DNA from: Catajapyx aquilonaris
Taxonomy: Eukaryota
NCBI GenBank assembly: GCA_000934665.2
Contig: JYFJ02006199.1
Span: forward strand, 1 to 46,532
Length of the DNA: 46,532 nt
Direction: 5' to 3'
A program made the position numbers and the translations under genes. The notes beneath the pieces are model-generated. The model was not told where the DNA came from, searched no databases, and saw only the letters and a program-made list of their open reading frames with translations. Shown one piece after another: positions 12,526 through 26,756 of the stretch; the stretch's first letter is position 1, and each line of letters begins with the position of its first letter.

Positions 12526-13020
12526 TCAGGTAGGATTTACAATCAACTGTCTGGGGGAACTCACTAAAAAATTCCCAGTGACATGCTACTGCATTACGTC
12601 ACATAAAGCGGCATGCCGGTGTAGTCGAGGTCGACCAGTTTTTAGAAATGCATGATCTGGTGGCTATACTGGCAAGTGAGGTATGCAGGTATATTTGCCT
12701 GAAATCGAAATCCATAAAATGGCTATCGAAAAGACACATTTTCCTAATCTAAATACCGTATTCGCGAGACCCACGGCCTGTAGAGGCGCTGAAGTCAAAT
12801 CCAAGATGGACGACAGGGGGGGGTACTCGAGCAGGCAGCAGACAGGGCATGAGCTTGGCAAGAGGCAGGGAGAGCAGCAGACAGGGCTGAGCACGCGCTA
12901 TGTGGGCCGGGAGGGGGCCTGGGTGGGCAGGTGGGGCAGGCCCTGGGCCGAGGCAGAGAGGTAGCCGAGCCGGTACCTACGCAAATAGCTGGGAGAGCGG
13001 CTCGGCTGTTTAGGGGAGTG

Positions 13021-13830
13021 GGTCCAGACGTGCATGGTGACATTTGGGAATTAATTGCGGCCAAACTAGAGGTTGGAGGAGGGTGACAATGCTCCCGTCA
13101 TCGAGAGGAGATTTCGATTGTTCCGACGACGTCCGCAATTAAATAAATATCCACGGGTTATTTTACGGGGGAATTAAATAGGAAATATCTCGGCAGCTGG
13201 CAGGCTGCTGTAACTGTATGGGTCCAGGGGTGCATGTTGACCTTTGGGAATTAATTGTGTCCCGACTAGAGATCGGAAGAGGGTGACAATGCTTCCGTCG
13301 TCGAGAGGAGATTTCGACTGTCCCGACGACGTCCAATTTAGTATTACAGACCGGGCGGCTAATTTACGGGGGAATTAAATAGCTTATATCACGACAAAAA
13401 CCGCTGGACAAAAGAGGTCTGCTTGACTGTAACCGCGTCTGGGTCCAGAATGCAGAGTGACCGTTGGGAATTAATTGCGGCAAAACTAGGGGTTGTATGT
13501 GTGTGACAGTGCCCTCGTCGTTGAGAGGATATTTCAAATGTTCCAACGACGACCGTATTTGCTATAAATGCCCACTGGTTATTTTACGGAAGAATTAAAT
13601 AGGGAATATCCCTAGAAATCTCTGGACGAGAGAGGTCTGGCTGACTGTAACCGTATGAGTTCAAAATGCAGGGTGATCTTTGAGAATTAATTACGGGCAA
13701 ACTAGGATTCGGAAAAGGGTGACAGTGTCCCCAACGTTGAGAGGAGATTTCGATTGTCCTGACAATGTCCATAAGTAAAATAAATTCCTACGAGTCATTC
13801 TGCGGGGTAATTTAATAACTAATTTCTCGA
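13021..13830. repeat. Tandem array of four diverged ~200-220-bp units
   Basis: Recurring gggaattaatt..actag..ggtgaca.tg..gagaggagatttcga..ccgacgacgtcc..cggggaattaaatag starting near 13021, 13221, 13441 and 13657. Confidence 0.85.
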
Positions 13831-14213
13831 CAAAAAGTGGGACTTTGTCTCTGGACGACGCGACGTGACGCAACGACTGATACTTATGGACGTCGCGACG
13901 TCCACAAATAGCAGTCCCGCTCATAAAGAATGGCATGACTCTATGGACGAAATGCTCATCCACAATGCCCAGCAGTTTTCCCTATACCTTATTTCGACGT
14001 GACCCTAAGGATAACCTTTTCTGGATCTCTGGTTACTCGTATGACCCATCTCGAATTTTAAATAAAAATTTTAATTACGGTACCAAAATGTTCAACGGTA
14101 AACTAAACAACGAGCTGACGTCAAGGTTTCCACGGAAATATCCTCACAGGAAACAGAACAATATGAGTAAACAGTGTCAACAAAAAAGCAACAATGTAAG
14201 AAACGATGACGTC

Positions 14214-15491
14214 CAGGGGCGGATTACCCATAAGGCCACACTAGGCCATGGCCTAGGGCGGCATATTTTGAAGGGCGGCAACCGGCAAGTTTAAATAAAG
14301 CAATATTATATCAATATATATAAAGCAACGCAGTATTATTATTCATATTATATTAGCAAGTATTTTCGATCCAGTCAGACAGCTTTTGGAGACAGATAAT
14401 AAAACAGTTACAGGCTGCAGACGGCTAAAGCAGCGATTTTCAAACTGTGGGGCGCGCCCCCCTGGCGCGCCCCAAAAATTATGTGACTCGAAACAGGACA
14501 AAAGTCGCACTGATTAGGTAAGAACTACTTCTCGGGGCTTACTGTAGCATGCAGTTCTAAAAGCCAAATGTGCAGTTCTGAATAAGGATTTGTGCAGTCA
14601 CATAATAGCAGACAAGTCTGTTATATCCGGATTCAACTGCGCTTGGACGACATTGGCACTGCTGGAAATAACTTATGAAGGGATCGGTCTTTCTACTACT
14701 TGCTTATATCCGATGTGCTTACAGTATAGGAGGATTCCACTGTACTTTTTCAGTTATTAGCCTACATTCACCGAAGATTGTGTGACCTTGAACAACAACA
14801 AAATTCCGCCTGCGGCGGGCTCATTCGGTTTGGGGAGGGAGGGGGGCGAAATCTGAAATTACTTTCTAGGGGGCCCCGATGTGGCAAAGTTTGAGATGCG
14901 AGGTGGCTCCCCTAAGGGTACGAGTAGGGCGTGCCAAATGAACCATAATGGTACACAAAAAATACCATAATTTCGTACAACCCAATGTTACTCTGTAATT
15001 CCACTTCCATGAAAAAAGTGCTACGCTACCAATTTCGTCAAATACACACCCCGACACACCTATTCAAATCTTCCAGTCAGTTACATTCACCCAAGCACCT
15101 TGAACGAAAAAAAATTTCGCCTTCGGCGGGCTTCCTCCCCGCCATTTCCGACTTGTTCTATACTCTTTCATTGAAGGATATTTCATTTAAATTAACTCTC
15201 ATTTTAATTAAATACGCGATTTTGGCAATGGCTGTGAGCAAGGTGTAGCCTACGTCTATCTTTGAACATCATCTATCGCCCCTGGCATGGTATAGGGGGT
15301 GCGATGACGAGGACCAACTGTCTTCAAAGGGGTGCGGAGGGCCGAAAAGGTTAAGAACCACTGGCCTAAACCTGCCTAAACCTGCCTAAACCGTGTCCAC
15401 CGTGCCCCCCCCCCCCTGCCTGCCCTGATGTTTCCGGGGGCGGCAATTTTAGGACTGGCCTAGGGCAGCAAAGAAGGCTAATCCGCCCCTG
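14214..15491. mobile_element. hAT-type MITE with a nested second hAT element (14431-15363)
   Basis: TIR caggggcggatta, perfect 8-bp TSD atgacgtc; inner cagcgattttcaaact ... aggttaagaaccactg with a 6/8-matching TSD. Confidence 0.85.
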
Positions 15492-16278
15492 ATGACGTCA
15501 GATCGCCGTTTGGTTTTACGTAGATTTCATGTGAATTTTCTCCCTAAAATTTTCCCACTTTGACTTGTTTTTTTCTTATCTTTTTTTTACCTTATTTTGA
15601 TTCCCCTTTCCCCGACTTCCTTGAGACACTTTATAAACATGCAGGTGACCCAGGGGTTGGGAACAGGATAAACATTTCGCCCATATATCGAGTCATACCA
15701 TTCTAGCTATGAGTGGCATCAGGTGGCAGGCTACTGATACATAAGAACTTCGAGTTTCATCCCACCACGAAACATAATTTGTCACTTGTTACCACTTTAC
15801 TCCCTTTTTCCTCGTTCCCACGCATGGCTGGACCAGGAGAGCAACCCCCCTTGTCCGCCATGAATGAGCTTCCGAGACAGCCGCCAGGTGTCAGCCACTT
15901 CTACGGGTCTTCCCAATACAGCATGTTCTTTTCAATTACAGTGTGTGGCAATAATCAATTTGTACTGTACAGTGCATTGCATAGTACAGCGAGCACTTGT
16001 TATTTTTCACTATCCCCACTTCACTGATTTTTTGGGAGATACTATTTTTCCAAATTAACCCTGCATTTATAAATCCCTATACAGGGTGTATCTGAACTCA
16101 CAAGGGAAGTGTCTGTAGGGCCATCGGCCAATCGGCCCGAAAATGACACTAGGGGTAAATCGCAGGCCAGAAATTCATTGGTGAAAGTAAAAAGTTGCAT
16201 TAGCCAAGCGTTTTCGAGATATGGGCGACTATAGGTGCCCGGCAAACCTGCTCGGTGACAATAGGGCGCATTCGGCAG

Positions 16279-16347
16279 AAGAAATTATAAACAGTCTTCG
16301 TGGCTCAGTCGGTAGAGCGTCCGCGTCATGATCCGAAGTCTCCACGT
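16279..16347 (+). pseudogene. tRNA-like relic (SINE head or pseudo-tRNA)
   Basis: gtggctcagtcggtagagcg (A box/D arm) and gttcaaatcc (B box); anticodon and acceptor stems pair poorly. Confidence 0.5.
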
Positions 16348-18132
16348 TCAAATCCGCGGGAAGCGACTTTTTTTCCCCCCCTCCCTCTCTCGTCTCGGAG
16401 CATCGTTTTCTTTTTCTTTCTTCCCCGACACCGTTTATCACCGCATATCTTCCCTTTTGCAATCAACAGGAATAAATAAACAGCTTGCTGGGAAGTGCAT
16501 TACTTTTTTTTTTTCTTCTGCCGAGCCGATGCTTACCGACTTCCGCGTAAGGGCCGCGTTGAGAGCCAACTGTCGGAGTGACGGATTTTTTTGCCAAGCG
16601 ATTTACATTTGGTGACAGAGCCTGTAGTAAAAAAAAAAACGCCTTGGTGCAGGTGTATGCAAGTGGTCGAAGATCGAAAATATCGAATATCGAGTCCCAG
16701 GTGGTCGAATATCCTGCTCTTCTGTTCCTCTTCTGCAGAAAAGGAACAGTTCGAAAGTATTGTCTGACCAGAAGCTAAAAGAGAGCTGGTGGGTTTTTCC
16801 CAACACCCCAAAATCCCCCACCGCCACCCCACCCCCCTTGAAAATGCATTAAGTGGGGCATTTTCGAGGGGGTTGGGGTGGCGGTGGGGGATCAGCTGGC
16901 GGTTAACTTCTACAAGCTGGCTGCCCCAGTCAGCTTTGTAAACGCGTTCAAGTGGAGGAAGGTCATGAGTGAACACCCCAATAGCGATTTTCGGAGGGAA
17001 GAATCATGATCTGTGTGGCACGTGTGAATGGCCCCATTGCCATAAAGTCAAAGGTCTTTTCCACTTGCTAGTGCATACAAAAAACATTGAAACATATTTA
17101 CATTGTTATATATCAACTTCACAATATCTGAAAGAAGAACCATGTATAAGTAGCATAATGGCAGGTACCAAATTGGCATTGGTTGACTCAGTTGATGCAT
17201 GCATCACTGCCATATGAGCAAGGAAAGAAAAAAATAATAACTAAAATAACTGTAAGATTTGTATTAGCCCTAATAACTAATAAGACGGGTGTTTCATAAT
17301 TATGCTCATATGCTGGCTTTAAAAAATTCTGCTGGCGAAACTATAGCGTTTTTCCACTACTTGACGTGGTTTCTGTGTTGATTTTTAAATTTTCTCTCCC
17401 GTAAAAATAAATCGCGAATTTTGCATTACAAAATCTTTCATAAATAAACCAGATTAACTTAAATGACATTTGCAGCCGCTGAAAAAAAAAACTTCCCCCC
17501 CATGACCTTGGCTGGCAAATTTTGGCATAGCCTACATAGTTGCCCCCAAACGTCATCAAGAGATTCCACCCAAAAATTTGTGCTAAATATTATTAAACTT
17601 AATAGGTTTTTTAAATAAATAAATAATGTTAGATGGTGCTCAATTATAGGCTCAACTGGCACAACCCCAACCACGCAGCCATCTTGCGGGCTTAACGGAT
17701 CAGAGGCTGATGTTGCCCTCTGGGTGGGAGGTTCCTTATTCCTAAAGGCCGCTTCACAAACTCGGCGTTGCGTAAGCGGGGCGTGTGGGCCTTCCGCTCA
17801 TCGTACGCAGAAAGTCCACCCGGTTGGACGCCAGCGCAACGCCCGCGCTCGGTCATCGCACGCAGCATTTGTGAATAGCCCTTCGCAAATTTTCCACGCT
17901 CAGCACGTCCCGCTCGCGCAAATCCAAGTTTGTAAAGCGGCCTTCACAAGTCTTCTCCAGTGCGTGGAAGCACCAATACTTGAAACAGACATTTTTTTTT
18001 TTAGCTGTGCAAAATCGCCAAAAAATGCCAGTATAATTAGGGTTAGTCAAGTGCTGTAATGTGAAACAAAGTAACATGAGATATTCCCCGGATATTCCAT
18101 CATCATCATCATCATCGAATTCACGAAGTTAC

Positions 18133-18236
18133 CTGGCAGATGAAGTGTCACTTTCTTCCTTAGCATCACCACCGCCTACGTAGGCCTGTACGATCGCCTT
18201 GGACTTTTTGCGACCTTGCTGCCCTTGTTGTGACAT
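18133..18236 (-). CDS. Gene B probable first coding exon (MSQQGQQGRKKSKAIVQAYVGGGDAKEESDTSSA)
   Basis: Exon 18256-18133 with tttctag acceptor and ag|gtaact donor; ends in phase 2, matching the phase-2 start of the exon at 10989. Confidence 0.7.
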
Positions 18237-19039
18237 TGTGTGTGCTGCCTTAACACCTAGAAATAAAAATGAGCTTACAGTAAATACTTGAGTGGCTTCA
18301 TAAATCAGGTCTGCTTATGGCAAACAGCTCATGTCATGGCCACATTTAAAAGCGACAGTAAGGATAAATTTCGTAAGCAGCAAATTCATTGTCCATTGTG
18401 GTTGTCAGCATGTGATAACAATCAATGCATTATGAAATACGTATTTGGTCAACTGGGGACATCACGTTTGGCTTACACTCCCATGCAGATGTTCTTCCAA
18501 AAGCGGACCCCCCCTCCTCCTCCCATCCAAACTGTTTAGAGACCATCATAAAGGTGATTAATACCCAGGAATCCTACACCCTATCTCACTGCTGGACCAA
18601 TGAACAATGGTTAGATCATCTAACCTAACCTACCCTTCCCTTGCCTACACCCTTTACCCAATAATCATGCAGGTATGGTATGCAGATTATAAAGTATTCT
18701 AGTCTCATATTATTGATCCACCCTGAATCACTCATCATTATTCTATTTTCACATCAACACCATCAGAGCACCACCAGTGCCTGGCTGATATCCTCTAAAA
18801 ATTGACACAGCATGAGGAACTGATGGTCCTTGAAGTAAGTTTTCCGCCACTGAATTACCTCTCCAACGCAATTGGGCTTACTCGCTTACACTACACAACA
18901 CATTCAGTCATTTTCCTGGCAAAAGTAGTGGATTTTCAGTACTTGAGTGTAAACTAAAGCAAACATTTACCACCATCAGTTCCAAATGCCGCAGCCGTGT
19001 TTAGAGGGTGCAGATGGATAGGATTGAAAATACTGACAA

Positions 19040-19471
19040 GTCAACCTTCTTGGGAAATCCTGAATGGCTCTGTGCAATATATTTTCTGAAAGGTCTAATC
19101 ATAACTAAGATTCGAGCCAAATATTAGCGGCAGTCCGCCACGCATTCTCGACTTATGTGGGTTTGAAGTCAACATGGGGGTCTATGGGGAGCGATGCTAT
19201 TAGTCACAAAAAGTGTCACACAAAGTTTTTTCTTAACCAAGTGGAACAAAAAACACCCTGAGCCTAAAATCTCCACCAACTTTTCTTTTTGAAACACTTT
19301 GTGAATAACAGCGTCGCTCCCCATAGACCCCCATGCTGACTTCAAACCCTCATAAGTCGAGAATGCGTGGCGGACTGCCGCTAATATTTGGCTCGAATCT
19401 TAGTTATGATTAGACCTTTCCGAAAATATATTGCACTAAGCCATTCAGGATTTCCCAAGAAGAAGGTTTAC
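19040..19471. mobile_element. Palindromic MITE (copy 1)
   Basis: Arms ttgggaaatcctgaatggc..gagcgatgct and their reverse complement; second copy at 25469-25918. Confidence 0.85.
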
Positions 19472-19627
19472 TTGAGCAAGCACAGATGGCATTGAGGTGA
19501 AGGAGTGATGAGTAATTCAGAATGTATGTCATCCACTTCTAACAATAAGATACCTTATAAGTTGCTCACTGTTCCTGTGTAATTATTGGAGACAGGGAAC
19601 TGGGTAGATATGGGAAGGTTAGGTTAG

Positions 19628-20101
19628 CCCACAGAAGGTGATGTGGGCACTTTTTGTGACCAACGACACTTTTTTTGCTATAACATGGAAAATTCAGGAC
19701 CTTCGAGATTCAGCTTTGAGAACATTTTCGTTTGACTATTTCTGTGATGAATGACGTTTAGTTTAAATTTTTTGAGCAACTAGCACGACCAGGAAAAAAT
19801 CCAATTAGGCGGCAATGCGTAGTTGGGGCACGACCAAGATCAGGTCTGGCGGCTCCCGGTGGCATCCCAGGCCGCCAAGGGGTGGAATCCCTCTACCCCC
19901 CGGGAGTTGGACTCGACTGATTTTCTTTCCGATTTTTTTTCTGATCGCGCTATTTGCTCAAAAAATGTAAACTAAACGCTATAAGTAGAAGGAATCACAC
20001 TATGATTGTCTCAAAGGTGAAGACCAATTGTGCTATATTTCACCAGATGTAACAAAAAATATGGCTTGGTCACAAAAAGTGCCCACGTCACCGTCCGAGG
20101 G
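19628..20101. mobile_element. Old TIR element
   Basis: gtgggcactttttgtgaccaa / ttggtcacaaaaagtgcccac plus internal inverted segments. Confidence 0.65.
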
Positions 20102-20745
20102 TTAGGTAAGCTCTATCCCAACCTAATCAACGCATCATAAAGTATTACTCCATAATATCACATCATAGCAGCCTGGGCGATTTGCAAAGTGGCCAACTCA
20201 TGGGAGCACCTTTGAAATGCCCAGATGTAGAAGTCACTCTGAAATTTATTACACTATACTGCAATTCTCTGCCACAACATTGCTTTTCCAACACACCTCA
20301 GGCTTAGGACTATGTGACACACTATTATTTTACGAAACACATGGACTTTCAGTCCTCATACTCGTACATAAACAAGATTAGACAATTACTACATAAGGAA
20401 GGAACATTTATAAGTAAATGTTAAAATGTTTCTTGGAGTTATGGAAAAAAATTTAGTCAATGGACATAACATTTTACAGTCGGACTCCTGATACAAGAGC
20501 CTAGGCTGCAAACAACCCTCAGTTACAGCCAACTCGAAAGGCTGGTCCTGGCATGTTTCCACATATGGCCTAGGTGTATTTGAAACAGGAAACCTTGGTT
20601 ATAGGATACTGATTTCCATACTCCCACAAGTCTCTCATATCCCCATGGACCCATAATGCGATAGGTATGTAATTGCAAGGGTTTTCCCCTGAAATGTTAC
20701 ATCACACGCACTTAAAAAAAACACACAATTTGTTAAGCAAAATAC

Positions 20746-21643
20746 CAGTACTATCAAAAAGTTCCTGGAATGTGTCAATAATTACTGGGCTACCACAAAA
20801 AGTAAACAGATGCGCTTGTAGACTGTGTGACCGACCACAATCCTAATGAGCCAGTTTTCCAAGTGGCATTATCCTGTGTACATCTGAACGTGTGTTGCAC
20901 GCTTTTGTCAACATGTGTTATAATTATCTTCACTACAATCCAGCAATTCTGACCAAAACAAGCACCGTGTGCATATCACAGGTCATGAAAGTTAGCTTTG
21001 CCACTGTCGATGGCAACTTTCATCACCTGTTATGAAAGCTGAGTTGCCATTTACAGTTACTCAAAGCTCCTGACACATATCAAGGCGCCGTTGTTTCTGG
21101 TCAGGTAGTGTCAGGACCCGTTGGGACACGCCCTGATTCATGTTCATATTCTGCATGCGAACAACATGGCAGAATCCGTAACTGATGCCAGCTCTGTCAC
21201 AGCTGTCATGAATGGTTTGGAAATGATCCTCACAAATGAATTGTCAAAATTTGTCAAAATATTAAGGGGTTGTGTTGGTGCGTGGGTCTTCCCAAGTGCT
21301 CATGATCTTTAATCGACATTCGAGCACACTTGAAATGCAATTGCCACTCAAACCACTGCATATGGCCTAAAGCTTTATCAACAAAAGCCAGATGAAGCAT
21401 TTCCAGTGTCTCCGCTGAAGATTGCCTGAGCTTCATTCAAAACATAATACATAAACTTTTACACAGCCATTGTAGGATCGTAGAGCAGCTCGAACACATT
21501 CACGAAACCACATGCAACACACGTTCAGATATGTACAGGGCAATGTGCCTTGGCAAACTGACTTATTAGGATTGTATGCAGTTACACCTGGAATCGCATC
21601 TGCCAAGTAATCAGTACATACTGGAACTTTTTGATAGCACTGG
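20746..21643 (-). mobile_element. mariner deletion derivative with Mos1-type HTH fragment
   Basis: TIR cagt.ctatcaaaaagttcc; KLRQSSAETLEMLHLAF..WFEW..FK..R.SIKD..GRPT at 21254-21436. Confidence 0.8.
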
Positions 21644-21779
21644 TACAACAAATTCAGTCCTAACATTGCTCAGCTGGTCAACAATTCAGTATCCTCCTAT
21701 ACATGCACAGTCTGATGACAATACCTGGTCAATGCTATTCCTTGGTAGGGCCTACTGTGACCAGTGCAAAATTCATTAA

Positions 21780-23413
21780 CCCTTAACTACATAGGTGAAG
21801 CCTGAGAGGCTCCAAGCACTATTTAAACGCATGTAACTTTTTCATTGAATTTTATTTTCCCCTGTCCTTCCGTGACTTCGGAAAAACCTTCGTAAGCATG
21901 GGAAGGAAAGAAAAAAACTTTTAGTCCCTATTCTTTGGTTTAAAAAAAATCGTAACGAGGAACAGGTCCCTCCTGGAACCGCTCAGGCTCTACGGGCTCT
22001 ACCTATGCAGGTGAAGCCTGAGCGGCTCAAACATGATGTAACCTTTTAACACTTAACCAGCAACGTGAATCTGCCACACACTGGCTACGACGTGGGGTAT
22101 TTCCCGACCCCACGCAGTTTTCATTTTTTTAAAATTTGCCTTAACTCTTAGGGCGCCGGTTGACATACGGGTGAGAACAAGACTTTGCGAATTTTTTACG
22201 GAACTTCAACAATGCGTAAATGAATGCGGTTTTCACCCTCTTCGCAAGCACTATAAGTAGAACTTATAGCACTAAAGCCATTCTTCCGCGCTAAATTCGG
22301 CCTGTATTCTCATCTGTATGTGTAAAAAAAATCGATCTCCTGTGACTATTAGTTGAGTCATAAGGGACTTGAGACTCTGTTATCGCACCTTCGTAGCCTT
22401 CCAGCTCGATGCCGCAAGTAATGACTTATAATGTAAACATTCCCAGCTGCAGGGTCTGCAAGATTTCAGTTCCGAGCAATATTTATTGCTCACACTTTAT
22501 AAAATACAATTTTGCGGTGATGTGATGTGATGTGCTCTCTAGAAAATTATGTACATTGGCTACGACGTGGGGTATATCATTCTGTACCCCACAGGGATGC
22601 TTAGCAGCAGAAAAGTACCGGTAACTCCGCAAAAAAAAATTCTACTAATGTCAACATTTTTCTTGGATCGAAGAAAGTATGTCTGAGGAATACAGGCCTG
22701 CCATTTTTCATTTCATACAAAATGTATTAATCGCGATGGTATTAACTACATCGTGGGGTAGAAAAATACCCCACGCTGGTGGTTAAGTGTTAATTTAAAA
22801 ATTTTCCCTGTTGGAATATGCTGACTCAGCGTGTGATTTTTACGTTTTCGGAAGCCTAATGATCTGAACTGCACTTTCTATATGTGAAAAGTCCAATATA
22901 ACAATTTAGTTGATAAGCAGAAATTTAAATATACCGTTGGAGCCTCTCAGGCTCCACCTACGTAGGTGGGCAAAACACCTTTAACTACGTAGGTGGAGCC
23001 TGAGAGGCTCCAACGGTATATTTAAATTTCTGCTTATCAACTAAATTGTTATATTGGACTTTTCACATACAGAAAGTTCAGTTCAGATCATTAGGCTTCC
23101 GATAATGTAAAAATCACACGCTTAGTCAGCATATTCCGACAGGGAAAAATTCTTAATTAAAAGGTTACATCATGTGTCAGGCTTCACCTACGAGATATGA
23201 GCCCGAGCGGTTCCAGGAGCGACCTGTTCCTCGTTACGAATTTTTTTAAACCAAACGATAGGGACTTAAAAAAAATTTCTTTCCTTCTCATGCTTAGGAA
23301 GGTTTTTCTGACAAAGTCACGGAAGGACAGGGGAAAATAAAATTCAATTAAAAAAGTTACATGCGTTTAAATAGTGCTTGGAGCCTCTCAGGCTCCACCT
23401 AGGTCGTTAAGGG
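21780..23413. mobile_element. Palindromic piggyBac-type MITE with nested TTAA element (22050-22789)
   Basis: ttaa|cccttaac ... gttaaggg|ttaa; inner ttaa|cacttaacca ... tggttaagtg|ttaa; empty TTAA site in the mirror arm near 23155. Confidence 0.9.
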
Positions 23414-24973
23414 TTAAGATCCGGTGTGGTCAGGTCAAATAAACTTCACGGTACACATCAATTTCACATGTACAATAAGGACTGTCAATTTCATATCACA
23501 TCAATCCATGCTCCTCCACACATACCTGTTTGCACTCCTGACACTTGTATTAAATTCTGACTTCCATACTTTACAACCCCAGGCGTGGGCTGTATGTTGC
23601 AAGTCAGTAGGGAAAAGCAGGGAAGTTGTCTCTGTCTTTGCTGTGCTCCCAAGCCCTGCACTGATAAGAGCCTGGTTCACGGACTGCAGGATGAAAATAT
23701 TCCGACGTTGCCAACAATATTCAAATAAATACGACCTATTCCTGCCTAAATTAATACCAAACTTTAACTCGATACACTTACACAAATAGATAAGTGGCAA
23801 CAGGTCTAATTACAGATGACGGTAAAGGGCAAAACCGGCAGGTATCATAAATACGGTATGGCACCACGTGCTACATTGGCCGAATCAGTCCTCCGGGGAA
23901 ATCCCCCGCGTCTTCATTGAATCAACACATGAAAATTTCCTTAAAGAGAGTTGTTATATAAATTAATATGCAGGCAGGTGTTTAGACAGCCATATTTGAT
24001 AAGGTCTGATGCTTGTGGCGCGCCACTTCTGTTCAGGAGAATGAGAAGAATGGAGGTTTGGGTTCATTTCAGTGCCACTTTCATTATTACCCGCCGAGTG
24101 GTGCTGAGAGAGGTGCGATTCACCTATGCTTTATCAGGCTTTATCCACGCTTTATCATTGAACATCTGTTAAAATGGCATATTCCTGTTGGGATAAAATT
24201 TGCTTGGAACAGGCATATTATCATTAATCAGTAATTTAGTGTTCATTTTCACTATAATCACGACCACCACATCAAACAGCCATGTAATTTTTCCCCAAGG
24301 AATAAAATGCATTAAAATGATCATTACAATGAACTTTTGCCATTTTTTTACAGTATATATAACAGGAAGTGCAGGTTTATTTTGAATTAGCTATCATTTT
24401 AGGCATTGTTCAAAGAATGATTGTAGGTTAGATACAGTCAATACATTGAAAAGTATAATATAATAATTAATAAAAATTAAAATAAGGTGGGGTCCGAAAA
24501 GACCTCACGGGACGGTTGCCGTAATACTCTCAGGCACGGCACGGTTCCAGGGTTAAGTCCCTCTATCTAAAGTGATGTCGATCACCATACACTACAACCA
24601 ACACAGTAATAAATCAACAAAGAAACAACAAATACTACTGCATGTAATTGTGCAGATGATCAAGGGCGATTAATGGCGGAAAGCCAATGTAGACTACATA
24701 TTTTTAACAATTTCAAGCAATTTTAAAAATAAACCTCATTATAGCCAGAAAGGAAGTGTCATGAGCATGAATGTAGGCCTAAAGAGGGAACATTCTTAAT
24801 GCTGCATGCAATGTCCCAGCATTTGCTACGCCGTTACATCAATAACTGTCACATTTTTAAAAGGGTGGTTTTCATGATCAATAGTAAATCCAAAAACAAA
24901 ACAAAATCATGGCTGATTCTTATCACTGCTAGAAATTATTACCAACAATGAATACTATAATGCAATCAACAGC

Positions 24974-26305
24974 TTGATTATGTCTGAATTTACTACCTCC
25001 CTGAGAAAATTACTAGCAATGGGCAGGAGAACACCCAACTACCTGCTTCGGTTGGAGACAGGCCAACCTCCATTGAAAGTTAAAATTATCCTATTAGCCC
25101 TTAAATATCTTAGAAGAGTCTGTAACATGGAGCCACATAGACTACCACACAGGGCCATGAAATCCCTCATAAATCAGAACAGTGGCCCAATAAAATATAA
25201 CTGAATCAAGCAATTAGATAAATTACTTAACGAATACGGGCAATCAATAAGCAATTTCACGGTGAAAGATGATGAAAACTGGTTGCGGAAGTATGCCATA
25301 ATAGCACAAACAATGGTGGATGTCGAAGTCAAAAATTATATTGAATGCCTCACCAAGTCAACCTCGAACAGTGTGAAATTGATATACTATGACCAATATA
25401 GATAGTTAGATACTTCCCCTCCCAATATGTTAAAGCCTTTGCCCCTTTAAATCTTCCCTTTAAATCCCGTAAACCTTCTTTTTGGGAAATCCTGAATGGC
25501 TTCGTGCAATATATTTTCTGAAAGGTCTAATCATAACTACGATTCGAGCCAAATATTAGCGGCAGTCCGCCACTCATTCTCGACTTATGAGGGTTTGAGG
25601 TCAACATGGGGGCTATGGGGAGCGATGCTATAATTAGTCATAAAAAGTGTTTCAAAAAGAAAAGTTGGTGGAGATTTTAGGCTCAGGGTGTTTTTCGTTC
25701 CACTTGGATAAGATTTTTTTCTTTTTTCTTTTTGAAACACTTTTTGTGACTAATTATAGCATCGCTCCCCATAGCCCCCATGTTGACCTCAAACCCTCAT
25801 AAGTCGAGAATGCGTGGCGGACTGCCGCTAATATTTGGCTCGAATCTTAGTTATGATTAGACCTTTCAGAAAATATATTGCACTAAGCCATTCAGGATTT
25901 CCCAAAAATAAGGTTTACTGAGTAGAATAGCTGGCATTAGATTTAATTCTACTTGTAACTGGATACCACTAGGACTAGGAAATAATAGAAGCCTCCTAAT
26001 CAATCCTGATGAAAATTGTAACTTATGCAACCAAATGAATGTTAACGACTGGGTCCACATCCTCAGTGAGTGTCCTATGTTCCAGGGAGGTAGGGATAAC
26101 TGGATAAGTTACAACTACATATAACAATTATTATACAAAAGAGATAATATTTGGCCAATCTTATATGAACCCACGATAGAACAACTGAATGTGATTTATT
26201 TTTATTTCACATATGTGGCAAAATGGCATGACAATATTTCGTAATGACAATACTTTAACTTACCATGTCTTGCTCCCCACTGCAACCTGCAATTGTAAAT
26301 AAATC
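24974..26305 (+). mobile_element. Decayed non-LTR retrotransposon ORF2 3' end, interrupted by a MITE
   Basis: TPNYLLRLETG..PL..KY..M..RLP and downstream CNLCN..WVHILSECP zinc knuckle. Confidence 0.75.
25469..25918. mobile_element. Palindromic MITE (copy 2 of the 19040 family)
   Basis: Near-identical arms to 19040-19471. Confidence 0.85.
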
Positions 26306-26329
26306 GTTAAAAATATACTAGAGGTATCA

Positions 26330-26756
26330 TGTTTGTTTATTTGTTCGATTGTTGTACCCCATGCTAGGGCCCTAGGCCCTCTTAGGGGAGTGGAATACCA
26401 CCATCAGGTGCAGGGGAGAGGATAGGGATAATGAGAGAGGGGGGGACACTGGTGCAAGTGTAATGTCTCATGGTGGGGGTTGTGTGCAGTCCCTCAGGGG
26501 GCTGTTCGCCAAGATGACCCCCCTAGATGCAGGTCAGGAACTCCCCACCGACTCCGCACCATGGACAGGACAAGGATAGGAAAGGATGGAAGCGGCTGTA
26601 TGTGGCATATTATTTAGGAAGCAATCCCGGAATTCTCCTGGGAGGGCCCGTGGGAAACCACAGACAACCACGGTTAGGATTGCCGGCCCCGGGACTCGAA
26701 CCCAGAACCTCCCGATTAGCAGTCGAACACCTTATCCACTCCACCAAACTGTTTCG
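26330..26756 (-). mobile_element. tRNA-derived SINE
   Basis: Head nearly identical to the 7603-7976 SINE (cccgattagcagtcg..cacc), B box ggttcgagtcc, (AAAC)n-like tail. Confidence 0.75.

Noticed and set aside
13021..13830. CRISPR-like repeat array
   Set aside because: Units are ~200-bp diverged tandem repeats without unique spacers, in eukaryotic DNA with no cas genes
16279..16347. Functional tRNA-Met
   Set aside because: Acceptor and anticodon stems do not pair well; treated as a relic
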